A DNA stretch of 58,456 bases, counting the filler, from Sphacelaria rigidula (Eukaryota), in the NCBI GenBank assembly GCA_964200075.2. It is 7 parts of 7 records of this genome, joined end to end, with 100 filler letters (N's around TTAATTAATTAA, not from the genome) between each part and the next. Parts side by side here need not be neighbours in the genome. Positions count along the whole stretch, not along the records: positions 8,368 to 16,634 come from CAXNAA020011723.1; positions 16,735 to 25,000 come from CAXNAA020011724.1; 5 more parts are not named here. One strand, given 5' to 3'. Below the pieces are notes generated by a model, which was not told the DNA's origin, ran no database searches, and worked only from the letters and a program-made list of their open reading frames with translations. Within the stretch, counting starts at the first letter, position 1. Every line of letters begins with the position of its first letter. Shown here piece after piece: positions 10,832-22,514 of this stretch. Made by a program: the position numbers and the translations under genes.

Positions 10832-13800
10832 CACACGAAGTGTAAAAATATGCACCGCATCTACGAGAACACCACGAAAATAACAGTAGAGTGTTGTGCT
10901 TGTTTTGTCGGAGGTTCACAGCACTCAATCCTCGACAACTTTGAGATCCCCTGCCTGTTTCGCACGCCCCTAGAAGCCCATCACGGCCCGGCGTTGCCGA
11001 AGAAGCTACGTCACTTTTTTCCCTACTCCATACGAAGGAACACTGGCATACTTTGCCTGGGTCTGCTTTTTGTGCGAAAAGAACACGACGGAGGATCAGC
11101 TTGTATAAATTTCGTGGTAGCGTCAGGGGTGTACAGAGCCCTTTGCCAACGGGATGGAATATGCTCGCCGACTTGCGATCTCGTCTACAGTAGTGCTCCG
11201 CATGAAAATATCACATGTGACTCGGTGCCGGAGAGGTGATGGTCATGATCACTCCGTGACGCCAAAATGTAAGACGCGTACCGGGGGAGAGAGGAGTTGA
11301 CTCCTCGAGACTGCGGGTTCGTCCCGAGGAAGGGGGGCGGTTAGAACTGAGAACAAGAGAAAAAAAGTTAGGCGAGAAAGTACACGGAGAACAGAAGCAG
11401 GCACGACTGGAGGCTGTTTTTGTCGATAGCCCGGCCCCATGATGCAACGAATGCATCGGTACTGGCTGACGGCCCACACGAATGACCTACGACGAGTATA
11501 CACACTGGACCTGACGATCGTATCCATTTTCGCCGTTCCCCTGTGCGTTGAGCAGCGCACTCTCGCTACTGTAGACCCAATCGGCCGGTGGCAGGTCGAT
11601 AGGTGTGGTCGGGGTAGCGTTTGGCGATCCGCGTGACCCCACCCCGGCGTTTTTGTCAGCAAACGGCGCCACAGGGAGCTGCTTTCGAGCCTGTGGTCAC
11701 ATGCAGCATGCTGCACGGAGTACTGACTGTGCCGTACTGTATCAAACTGTACCCGAGTCACCCGCGCCACACAGCAATCTGTGAACTGTAGGGGGCACAG
11801 GCTGCAGATGAGTAAAAATGGTGCATTACGCAGTGGCGTGATTAACGGTCGTTGACGAGCGGTGGATGCGCTAGATCCCTCATGCGCAAGAAAAAGTTGA
11901 GGGAAAAATCAGAAGGACTTGCGACCAGGAGCTACCTTTGTCAAGTGGCCAAGCAAACGATATTGGATGTGCCGTGAGCTGAGAAGCGACGACCATGGCC
12001 TGCATGAGGACTGCGGCGCGAGGAAGGAGGATGCTACCCTTGACGAGAGCACGGAAGGGCAGCTGCAGCAGCTGGGATGATTGAGGACTGCTGACAGCGG
12101 CACAGTAGCACTAGAGCTTGCGAAGCTGGCGAGCACATTGCGTGGGCCCCTCCGAGTGTAGTCGCCTCGACGATAGGTGGGAGATCGGATCGACGAGGAC
12201 TAGAGTACAGTATCATGGAGGCCCAATTTGACGATAGAACAGCAGTGAGCGACGTTGCGAACACCCCCGTATACGTAAACAGCACAGTCTTACTTCCCTT
12301 TCCCCTTTGTCCGTATGATCAGCGTGGTCTGGGGAAAACCCGGCGTGCTCCGTCCCAGCTTTGCAGGGACGTACCCCCTTGGGGTAGGCGTCGGTTGGCG
12401 ATGACGATGTAAAACACGCCACTCATTGCGTCAGCTAGGCAACTAGGTTACCGATTGCTTCTGCGCGCTTGCGTTTTTTTGCGGTGAGCATGATCGTGGT
12501 CAAGCTACAGTACATCCTATCGTGCGGGTTGGGAGAACCTGAGTTCCGCGCAAATGCGATGATCATACCACGTAGTATTTGAATGGTGAGACGCCCATGA
12601 GGCAGTCTATAAGCCATGGCTGTCTATGGAATCGGTGATACCAGAAATTAGAGCAACTCATTGGAGGCTGTCATCCAAATGCAAGATAATCAGTAGGCTT
12701 CGGGCCGAACGATCTTAGCAGGATGCAGCTCACCCTTCATGCGACACGCCGAACATATCACGGCGCGTCGCGCGTGGTGATAGATTACGAGGCTGGTCCA
12801 GCGGAAACCCGGCGTGCTCCGTCCCGCCTTTGCAGGGGTGCGAGGTCAATCATATGACTATGGCTTGCAAGATCATGAGCCCCCCCCCCCCCCCCCCCCC
12901 CCCCCCGCCTCTCCTCGTTTGTCCCCCCGCGGTCGGCGGTGGACCNNNNNNNNNNGGGTGCCGGGGTAAATCTTTGCCTTTGGCTTGCAAAGTCTTGAGC
13001 CCCCCCCCCCCCCTCCCCTGTCCATGTTATCTGTTCATGTAGACTATCCACGTTGAAGGGGCCACCATTGTGGCAATCTCTCTTGTGTCTTACGGATGTC
13101 ATGCTATTGTAGCGAAGACGAGGCGGAATTTTCCAGCAATGAATGATTTTCTCTCGCAACTGTTCTACTGAACGATGACAGTTCGACAGGCAGGCGGTAA
13201 ATCTCGATATGCCTCAGGGAACCGTCTCCAACATTGAAAAACGCGCAGTACCGTAGGCAGTGGTACAGTGACAGCCCCTCCTTCCAGTATAGCGATGTCA
13301 GGAAAATAGGAGGGCCTGCAGCCCAACTACAGGAGCAGCTAGATTGTTGACTGGATAAGCGGGTGTTACGGTATTTGGGGGAGCGTATCTCGGCGAGAAA
13401 CAGGCGTCGGTTGGGCGTTTATAAATACTTGATACGCTCGGAGAGTAACTGACTATTCGATATGAAGCTCTGCTAATTACTCGTTTGCAGACACGAGTTA
13501 CAAATAAAGAATAGGGTTGACCGAGTTTTGTACAACAGTTGATGAAGGAATTAATATTGCATGGTTCAATGGTCTGTATTCAACTCGTATGATTCATTTG
13601 CGCACTGGGCAGTAATTTTCGGAAATTTCTTTGATCTACAATTGACGGCACGATGCACGGGGTATTTATTTGGTGCGGACAAACAGTTGGTTGTGCTTAC
13701 GGGCCAGCAACTTTCCTATTTTACTGTGCCTGCATTTTGGCTCTTTTGGTTGTTGTATGATGACTACGTGTGAATTGTATTTCTTGTAGAGCTCGGAAAT

Positions 13801-16800
13801 GGTACCAGTTATAACTGGCCATTACCACTATAATGGTAATAATGGTAATGGCTACATGAAAATTTCGGATAATGGCTTAAAATCATTACCTACCATTACC
13901 GGCTTTATAAGCCCAAAAGTACGTATTTTTTTAGCTCTAGTGGAGCCAAATCGCGTAAACACGTGCCTCCGGCACGAGCGCCTCCAGCCGGGCCCTCCTC
14001 TGCCGAGGGGGACTTTTTGGCTCGCGGCTTCGCCGCTTGATGACCAAACCATTATGTACCATTTAATTGTTTAATGTGTGCAACACGCAACATGAGTGCC
14101 CCCGTTTCCACTCTGTGGTTTCCGTACGGATAATCAACACTTGTCTACCCTTGCTTCGAGTGCCACGCGAGACCTGCTGGCGAGCCGTGGTTAGGGAACT
14201 AAAGGCTACTGGTTAGCGACTGTATAATAAATTGGGTATCCATTTCTTGCGAACGCCTTGAGCTACCTGATTTGCTCCTTACTGATCGTGTTGACAGCAT
14301 CTAGAGTTGGGTAGACTGCCTACACAGTCTTATGTATGCAGTGAATTAGTCCAGCTTGAGCCCCTGTTCGTGCGAACATCACGACGAGGGTTTAGCGTGG
14401 CGTCCCTTCTCAGGGGGTACTGCAGCTAAAACTCACAAGACAGGCACGAACCAAGGTTAAAAAACGTTCAGGAGGCTGTGTTTGTGGTAGCGCAGAGGCA
14501 AGTCGGAGGTGATCTGCGCCCCCCAGAGGTAAAAACGTGATCACAGCAAAAACGATTTCAACCAAAAAAAGCGGAATTGCCAAGATGGACGTTGGAGCGG
14601 AATCCAGATACGTATCGCCCTGGGCAACGTGGCGGTCCTCACACATTTTTGAAAGATATTGGACTAGACTGTAGAATACTCTCTGGGTGGATTTCTTTGT
14701 GCAGCTGGAGGAGTATTTCGGCTTGGGCCATCGTCTTTTCGCATGGTTACACTACCCGACAGTCGGCGTGAATTGTGACTGGCGCCAAGGACGGCATAAC
14801 TTCATCCAAGCTTGCAGGCCCCGCTACGGATGTCCTAGCGGTTCCGGTCCTAGATAGCGCAATAGCGATGCCCATATCTAGGAGAGAGGGTTCCGGTCTC
14901 CCCTGTGAGACACATGTAGATCATAGATCAACGTAGAGGCTATCATCGACGGACGTATCCTCGACTGCTGCTGGAAACACAGCGAACAACTACCGGAAAT
15001 TCACGTTTACTTAGATTCAGGACAGAGTTCGGATTCACATGGAAGTGTCCGGCAAGAAACAGACGATTTGAGCGAGAGCGCAGGAAGCATTCGGCTTCTG
15101 GCACTCAGGCGGGTGCAAGTTTCAACCCCCGAACGTAATTTTTACAGCACACACCTCATGCTAGACTCGTTCTGCCCGATGGGCACATAATCTGTTTTCC
15201 CCATTCTTGTCCGTTCTCCAAGCCCAGTCCCCAACTCACTTTGTCTACATTCGGAAAGTCGCCCGATCTTGCTTCCATCGCGATTTTCGTTTTATTTGGA
15301 GATGTAGTAAGCGGGTACCCCCCGAAAATCAGTAGTGCTGCGTGTCCCATGCAGTTTGGCGCATGCAAAAACTCAAAACTGCACGCGGTACGACTGCACT
15401 GCATGGAGATATTATTCTGCTGTTCTTGGGAGCGATCATGACGGTATTGGGCGCTTACGCTGCTGGCAAGAAACCGTGTCATGGAATGTAAGATGTTGGA
15501 GGTGGGCCCAAACTATTTAGCATGAAACCATTCAACGTGAAAGAAATCCAAGATTCCCCCAATCGTCAAAGAGTGACGTTAAGGCATGGCCCGCAACGCG
15601 CGATATCGCTGCCGCGAAAAATATTTGGAGCTTGATCGAGCGGGAGAGACATGTCGAAGCAGGAGTGAGGGCCGGGAATTGTATCGTGTGACGTTTGGAA
15701 CAAGTCATGACAAGAGATGCGAGGGGTTATAAATGTGCACATAGATGTTCGGGTTGAGCGCGGTCCCCACAAAGGAGGCGATTCGCGCGTGTTCTCGGAA
15801 GGGACACACCAGGGAATACAGGCCAAAGTGCAGATTGGTTTCGAGTACGATTCATGGTTGATGCATGTGTCAGTAAAACATGTATTTGTGACGAAAGCAG
15901 TGGAAGCTGCGCTGACATCAGCTCTCACGCTGCATTCTCGGATAATCTAACGGACCGTGGACATGACAAAAAGAATCAAGGCAGGGTTGATGTGAGGCGA
16001 GTGGTATACGATACACTGCAAGGCATGTTCGCAACAGTGAGGGACAAGAGACGGACGAAGCAGTGAACGGGGTGCAGGGAGCCAAGAAAAGTGAGATGGG
16101 GCATGAGTAAAACTAACATGTACCCATGCGATTTAGTAGCTGGGCATCTGCGTTTGTTCACGGCCGTACTGTCTGTTCGCAAGTCTGAGGGGACGAAAGG
16201 GAAAGGGGACACAAACACGACAGTCAGAACTGTGTGCATGTTATCTACACTAAAGCTGCCTGGCTCTTGCCCCCTATCCCTACCCCTGTCGTTCTGCTGG
16301 CAGTGTTGGCAACTGCGCCCATGGAATTTAGGAGCTGCTTTGTCCTTCCTCTCGCATCTCTTATCCGTCAGCAGGCTACAGATTCATGAACCATGACCTC
16401 TCCTGCGGGCCGTGTGGGTGGCTGTATTGTGCGTGCGGCACGAGAGTACTTTAGTCGGCCAGTTCCAATTGTGTGCGCCCAAGTCTTTCACCCGTATAAA
16501 ATACGGCCCTGCTCGCTGTGAAACCCCTTAACATTACAAAACGCTGTTGGGTCTTTGAAAGGTGCACTACACCTGGTTTGCTTGTGCTTATGGCTGTCCC
16601 CCGAGAGGCCGCAAGATGGAACGTTGTGATTCTTNNNNNNNNNNNNNNNNNNNNNNNNNNNNNNNNNNNNNNNNNNNNTTAATTAATTAANNNNNNNNNN
16701 NNNNNNNNNNNNNNNNNNNNNNNNNNNNNNNNNNGATGATCGTACTACGTAGTGTTCAAGTGGTGAGACACCCATGAGGCAGTGCATAAGCCGTGGCTGT

Positions 16801-16847
16801 CTCTATTAGTGGCGATACCAGAAAATGAAGCAACTTATTGGAGGTGT

Positions 16848-17556
16848 TCTCTCTCTCTCCGTTTACCCGTCACTACGCCCTAGGTTTGTTGTTCCATTAG
16901 CTATGCACACTCTCCATCCTACTCTTCTAACCCATGCCGATACCTTATTTGTCTCTATCCTTTCCCACTCCTTGCTCGCGCTCTGTTTTAGCGTGACTCG
17001 GAAGTGTTCTTCCTCCCTTTCTACTTTTCCTCTTGCCAAACAGTATGGTCCAACTCAACTGCATTTCCTTTTGAACTCTATTCTTGTCATATCGCTACGA
17101 ACTCCGAATACCAGCACTACTAGTACTTTATCCGTCCACTCTCTACCTCTCCACTCGCCCTTCCTCACCGTGTCTCTCTCTATATATTTCAAGATAATCT
17201 CCAGCTTGATCGTTTCGAGTGTATTGGTGGGGTGCAGTCAACGTACTTTGTTTTTGTTTCCCTCACACTTTGAACCCTTCCCCTTCCTCGGGATGAGTCC
17301 GTGGTCTCAAGGGATCAACCCATCTCTCCCCCGGTACGCGCCTTTCATTTTGGTCTTGTGGATTGGGTCATGACTATCGCACCGCGTCAACCCACGTCAC
17401 ACAAACCCAGTCGACTACATTGTTTACTCACGTTCTCACGCTTCCCACGGTGACAATCATACGTAAGGAAGAAAAACCCCAGCGCTTCGGGAATCGAACC
17501 CCCGTTCTCTCCACCCTAATGGCGACAGTCGGACCATTACACCACCGAGGCGCGGC
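16848..17556 (-). mobile_element. tRNA-headed SINE-like element, family A, about 700 bp with a (GA)n 3' end
   Basis: Minus-strand A box TGGTGTAATGG (17544-17534) and B box GGTTCGATTCC (17500-17490). The body motif CGCGTACCGGGGAGAGATGGGTTGATCCC recurs at about 11275 (+), 27141 (+) and 51470 (-). Confidence 0.6.
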
Positions 17557-18444
17557 TACTGGGACATCCTAATCCTGGTAGTTGTTGGGGGTCTGGTGCC
17601 TTTTTGTTATTTGGCTGGCTCACCGACACTAAATATTGCCTCCAACACGAGCTCGTAGCCTGAACCCAAGTTCAACACCTGTGACACGAGTACCCCACAT
17701 TTGCGCCAGGCGATCTTCATGGTAAACCATCCAGGCATCCCACGATTGTATCTTGTATCGTCTTGCCCGGCTGCTGTACTGGTTACTTTTCTCAAGGGAG
17801 GTCATCTTCGCCGTGTAAGGTTCAAGGACGGCTTGCATAACACAAGGTCTCACTCACATCGGGATATCCCGTACATCACTTTTCCCACTCAGTGTACGAT
17901 TCACCATGTGCCGCTACTCCACCAATGCTTCCGAGTATATCTTCGCTGCCGAAAGCTTGGCCAACGATTCCCCCGCACTTTGTAGTAGCTTCTATCCTTC
18001 AAGATCTCAAAAAGTCTACGTACCTCTTGGATTGGTGAGGCGTTTGTTTCGTGAGTGCAATAGATATTGACGTTTATGCCATGCATTATCCACCCTTCCC
18101 TTCATTAGGCGCATTTTGCACCTAGTGCCGGAAAGTTCAGGAAAATGGCTGACCAGATTTCCACCGCCTACTGGAAACCGGTAAGATTTTTCGGATATCT
18201 CACCACGAGATCCCAACCTCCATGTGAATTTAAGATGGAGGGGGTGATGACCCTACCCTATCCGTACTTGTTGTGTATCATGTATTCTCGATTGGCACGT
18301 AGGGTGGTCAACCTTCACGCTATTACTTACTTGTCTACGTTTCAATTTTATTCTTGTCTTACCTTTGTGATGATATGGGGGGAAGAATCTCGGTTATTTC
18401 CCGTCTTGATATGGGAAAGTATACATGTTTTTTGTCGCTATTTT

Positions 18445-19100
18445 ACGTCTATATTCGTGCTGTGTTATGGTAGGTTGAAGAAGGAGGGTTAGCTTCTTCA
18501 TTTCATGTCTATATCTAGGCTGTATCATGGTAGGTTAACGAAAAAGGGGGTCAGCTTCTCTGATATATTTCCATGTGCAGTCTGTGCTATGGTAGGTTGA
18601 AGAAAAAGGAGGATTAGCTTCACTGTTCCGTGTCTATGTCTGGGCTGTGCTATGGCAGGTGAAGGGAAAAGGAGGGTCAGCTTCTCTATTTCATGTCTAT
18701 GTCCGGGCTGTGCTATGGTAGGTTAAGGAAAACGGAGGTATAACTTCTCTATTCCATGTCTACGTCCAGGTTGTGTTATGGTAGGTTGAAGAAAACGCAG
18801 GGTTCGCTTCTTTATAACATGTCTATGTCCGGGCTGTGTTATATTAGGTTAAAGAAAATGGAGGGTTAGCTTCTTTATAATATGTCTATATCCGGGCTGT
18901 GTTCTGGTAGGTTCAAGAAAAAGCAGGGTTAGCTTCTGTATTTCATGTCTATATCCGGGCTGTGTTATGGTAGGTTAGAAAAAAAAGGAGGGTGAGCTTC
19001 TTTATAGCATGCCTATGTCCGGGCTGTGATATGGTAGGTTAAAGAAAAAGGACGGTTAGCTCCTTGATTCCATGTCCATGTCCAGGCTGTGTTATGATAG
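18445..19100. repeat. 63-bp minisatellite, about 10.5 diverged copies
   Basis: Consensus is roughly CTGTGTTATGGTAGGTTGAAGAAAAAGGAGGGTTAGCTTCTCTATTCCATGTCTATGTCCGGG. The GGTAGGTT-like core recurs near 18469, 18530, 18591, 18654, 18717, 18780, 18843, 18906, 18970 and 19033. Confidence 0.9.
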
Positions 19101-19999
19101 CAACAAAAAAAGAGGAAATCATGAGGAAAAGGAAGAACAAAAAGACGGAATGAAAGGGGGGGAAACGCAGAATACGGAAAAGGAAGGAGCTGAAAAAGGC
19201 CAGCTTTGTTATATCATGTTTATACCGATCTTGTGTGTTTCTGGGGGGAAGCAAAGTTGGTTAATCAGGTTTTTGCATGCCTATTGTGTTCGTCGGTCCG
19301 GGGCTTTCTTCTGTCTAGTGGCGGTTTATGATACAGGTACGCTGACAGTATGTACATGTTATGTCTAGGATCTGATGGCTTGCTCTACAGCGCCGTTGCC
19401 ACTCGACGCCAACCCAAGAGTCTAGGGGTAGGGGAGCTACGATACGGTGGAGGGGGGGTATTTGGTTGCACGGAAAAAAAGGCTCGTAGGTGTGTCAGAC
19501 GACCTGCCACGCTCGCGGTGCTCTTGTATTTGGTTTCAAACGATGTCAAACAGTAGGAATAAGTGTTATACTGTATATTGATAACAAACATCTCGTTCGA
19601 ACAACCGTTGCTGCTTTTAACGAGTATTTAAATTGGAATTTCGTGCAATAAGTGGCCCGAAATACTCCCCCCTATCGTATAGCATGACACGGAAGGCGTC
19701 ACCGATGTCAAATCTGACTGCGCAAAGTTCCCGTCGCATCATGGGCTGTCAGGAGGGTGACGGCCGTTTCGGACGATTCGACCGTCTTGGTGTTTATCAC
19801 GAAAAACCTGATCTCACGAATATGAGATTATATGTCCCGATGATATGCTTTCATTTTTGTCCATTATTTCGATGTTCATCGCGCTACAGCCGAAAAACCG
19901 TGTTCTCCGGCCATACATATGTGGTCATTAGACCCCCTCGATAAACGGGTTTTCACTCCGTATTAATCCGACAACATGATCTTGGGAAATGTGTCCTGA

Positions 20000-20181
20000 G
20001 GCCGTGTATAAGCACATCACTTCTCGATCCAAAATGCGCGGTGGAAGAAATAAACTCCGATCTGATAAATCGTAATTTCAATCATCGTTTAAAAAATGGT
20101 TGAAATCACGACCAATCAAATCGGGATTTTTGTTTCTTATCGCACACTTTCGATCGAAAGATGATATGCTAAGACACGCCC
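20000..20181. mobile_element. PIF/Harbinger-like MITE with a TGA target duplication
   Basis: tga|GGCCGTGT…AAGACACGCCC|tga with a palindromic body. Confidence 0.75.
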
Positions 20182-20239
20182 TGAGCGCGACTTTCGTTAT
20201 TTACCAACGCCTACGGGTTCTCAAACTCTCGAGTGAAGG

Positions 20240-20614
20240 CGTGTGTGTTGTGTTGTCATGTCATCTATTTTGGACGCCAGTCTACACGTTTCTTCGGTGT
20301 ATGTGGGCGATACAGCCCGAGTCACCCAGGAGGGGGCCAAGACACTGGAGATTTTTTTTCTTTCTTCTTTGTTTTAAATATCCACCTTCTTTCTGTGGTG
20401 CTTGCCTTATTTTTCCATTGCAAAAGGGGTCCAACGGTTCCTTTCCCTCGTCGACCTGAAGTCGAATGTGGTGTACCCACGACATGGTCGCTCTCCACCG
20501 TTGGGCATGATGTGAGAAAAAATACCAGATCGTGTGACCGCGTACCGAGATTCGAACCCACGACCCAACCGTCAGAAGTTTTCGAGGATACAGCCTGAGC
20601 CACCGGGGCGACCG
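20240..20614 (-). mobile_element. tRNA-headed SINE, family B
   Basis: Minus-strand head GTCGCCCCGGTGGCTCAGG…GGGTTCGAATCTC (A and B boxes) and an AC-rich tail. It aligns along its length with 33713-34070. Confidence 0.7.
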
Positions 20615-20926
20615 ACTATCGCCTGTGCAAAAATCTCGAGTGAGTGAAAACCCTATCCAAAGTTCGACCACTGTATATTGATCGGGAACACTATGATTCC
20701 TCTCATTGCCGTAGGCTTCGCTCGTGCGAGGGCGCTTAAACATTTCCCGCGGGATGAAGAGACAATAGGCCGTCAGATGAGTAAGGGGGTATTGATAGTT
20801 CTTGAGTTGGGTGAAGCACTGAGGATTGAAACTCGATCGGCACTTTCGTCTATTGTTGAATTATTTCACATGACTTCTGCAGGCTCCAAGAGCCCCCAAG
20901 GCGGACCAACAGGGCGCGCCAACTCA

Positions 20927-21127
20927 GGGCATGCCTAGCAATTTATTTTTCGATCGAAAATCTGCGTGAAAAAGGAAAACTCGGGGATGATGGGTCATGA
21001 TTTCAACCGTCGTAATTTATATTACGATTATAGTTGAAATCATGACCCATCAGATTGAAGTTTTCATTTCCCACCACACATTTTCGATCGAAAAATAATG
21101 TGCCGAGACACGCCCCAAGACACGGCG
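20927..21127. mobile_element. PIF/Harbinger-like MITE with a TCA target duplication
   Basis: tca|GGGCATGCCT…GAGACACGCCCCAAGACACGGCG|tca with long inverted arms. Confidence 0.7.
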
Positions 21128-21224
21128 TCACATGTATTCAGTCAAGTCTGGACGCCTCATGCGCCAAGTGACGAGAAAAAAAAATCTAGATTCAAGATAT
21201 TTTGAGTGTTTCCTTCGCGATGTA

Positions 21225-22514
21225 TCACGCCTCACTACCGTGACCCAATCTCAACACCCATCGCTCGGGCTCCGATATAGAGCGATGGGGAATGCCGCCC
21301 TCAAAAAGCAGCCATTCCGGTTGGGCCACACCATGACCTTTCTCGCTTGAAGCCACCTCACCCAAACCAAAAATTCTCCTGTTCATAATATGCCAACCCC
21401 TTCCGCAACGCGCTTTCGCCGCGTCAAACTGTGACGTCCGTCTCCCCGCTGATTCTTTACAAGATGGATCACGTTGAATTCCCCGGCTGAATATAGAAGG
21501 GTCGTCTTGAGTTACTCTCAGCGTCCGATTTCGGAGCTCCGCCCAAATGGGCCGTGGGGTACTGTTGTGATGAGTTCGCTCGTGACTCGGTCGTTCGGGC
21601 ACCCCTATAGGGTCTCTCGCCTCCACGGCAGCAACGTTTGAAGTTTCCAAATCGTGGTGTGTGTGTTTCCTCTCCCAGGACTGGCTATCAGTGCGTATTT
21701 GCTCTCCAGACACCACGAGCCCTCTCCCTCTCCTCAGTGTCAATCCTAAAGACAGTCGACCTGTCCCAGATGGTCTGCTATGATGAATGTTCTTGTTGTC
21801 GCCGCAATGACCATCGCCTACCGTCGGTCGCCATGGCGTAGTAAATTTTGTTCTGCTACCGCTAGGCGCGCTTTGTGAAAATCCAACTTCAGCCAACCAT
21901 TTCTCGTCGTTCTTCCGTGTTATTGTTATATGTGATACCTCCGCTGGTTGAAACAGAAAGCTTCTGTTTTCTGCCGCCCGAAGAGCATTTCCCAGAGCCT
22001 TTGTTCGCTCGCGGTCATCCAGACTTTTGGAATCCTCAGAAGAACACGAATCTTGTCCACCAATAATAGATGGTGCTTCGTTGATACTGGGCAATGATGA
22101 TGTCTTTTCCGTAGCTCTCGTGGCCGCCTCCGATTCACAGTCGCGATCTGATGGACCGTCTCCTCCAAATATTCGCTGGAGCATCAACTGCTGACTGGCG
22201 ACTTGTGATCGCAAACTATCTCCCAAAAACCGTTTGCTGGGGGACGAGTCATATCGTCCGTGATTTGTGATGAGAGGGGCGACGCCATCGTCATCAACGG
22301 CTTGAGGCGAACAATTGGTTCGCAGGCTCGTAGATATGATGATGTCGTCACTTCCCTCAGCTTTATGCGACGAATTGGTCGGCAGCCTCGAGACACGCCA
22401 CTTCATTATTATCGGTTGCGCCCCATCGTCCCCGCAAACCTCGTCGGTGCCATTATTACCACGTTGCCGAATGTCCAAGGTCTTTCCACGCGTTATTATC
22501 GTCCTATCGACCAT
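21225..22514 (-). CDS. Unassigned 429-aa Ser/Gly/Arg-rich ORF, probably a large exon of a hypothetical gene (possibly decaying)
   Basis: A 1290-bp stop-free frame, the longest in the window. It has no recognisable domain and an in-frame TGA a few codons upstream of the ATG. Confidence 0.5.
   Translation of the reverse strand: MVDRTIITRGKTLDIRQRGNNGTDEVCGDDGAQPIIMKWRVSRLPTNSSHKAEGSDDIIISTSLRTNCSPQAVDDDGVAPLITNHGRYDSSPSKRFLGDSLRSQVASQQLMLQRIFGGDGPSDRDCESEAATRATEKTSSLPSINEAPSIIGGQDSCSSEDSKSLDDRERTKALGNALRAAENRSFLFQPAEVSHITITRKNDEKWLAEVGFSQSAPSGSRTKFTTPWRPTVGDGHCGDNKNIHHSRPSGTGRLSLGLTLRRGRGLVVSGEQIRTDSQSWERKHTHHDLETSNVAAVEARDPIGVPERPSHERTHHNSTPRPIWAELRNRTLRVTQDDPSIFSRGIQRDPSCKESAGRRTSQFDAAKARCGRGWHIMNRRIFGLGEVASSEKGHGVAQPEWLLFEGGIPHRSISEPERWVLRLGHGSEA

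Noticed and set aside
16825..17373. 182-aa Leu/Ser-rich ORF
   Set aside because: It is the pyrimidine-rich antisense strand of SINE family A.
18445..19100. CRISPR-like array
   Set aside because: Whole 63-bp units repeat with no unique spacers, there are no cas genes and the context is eukaryotic. It is a minisatellite.
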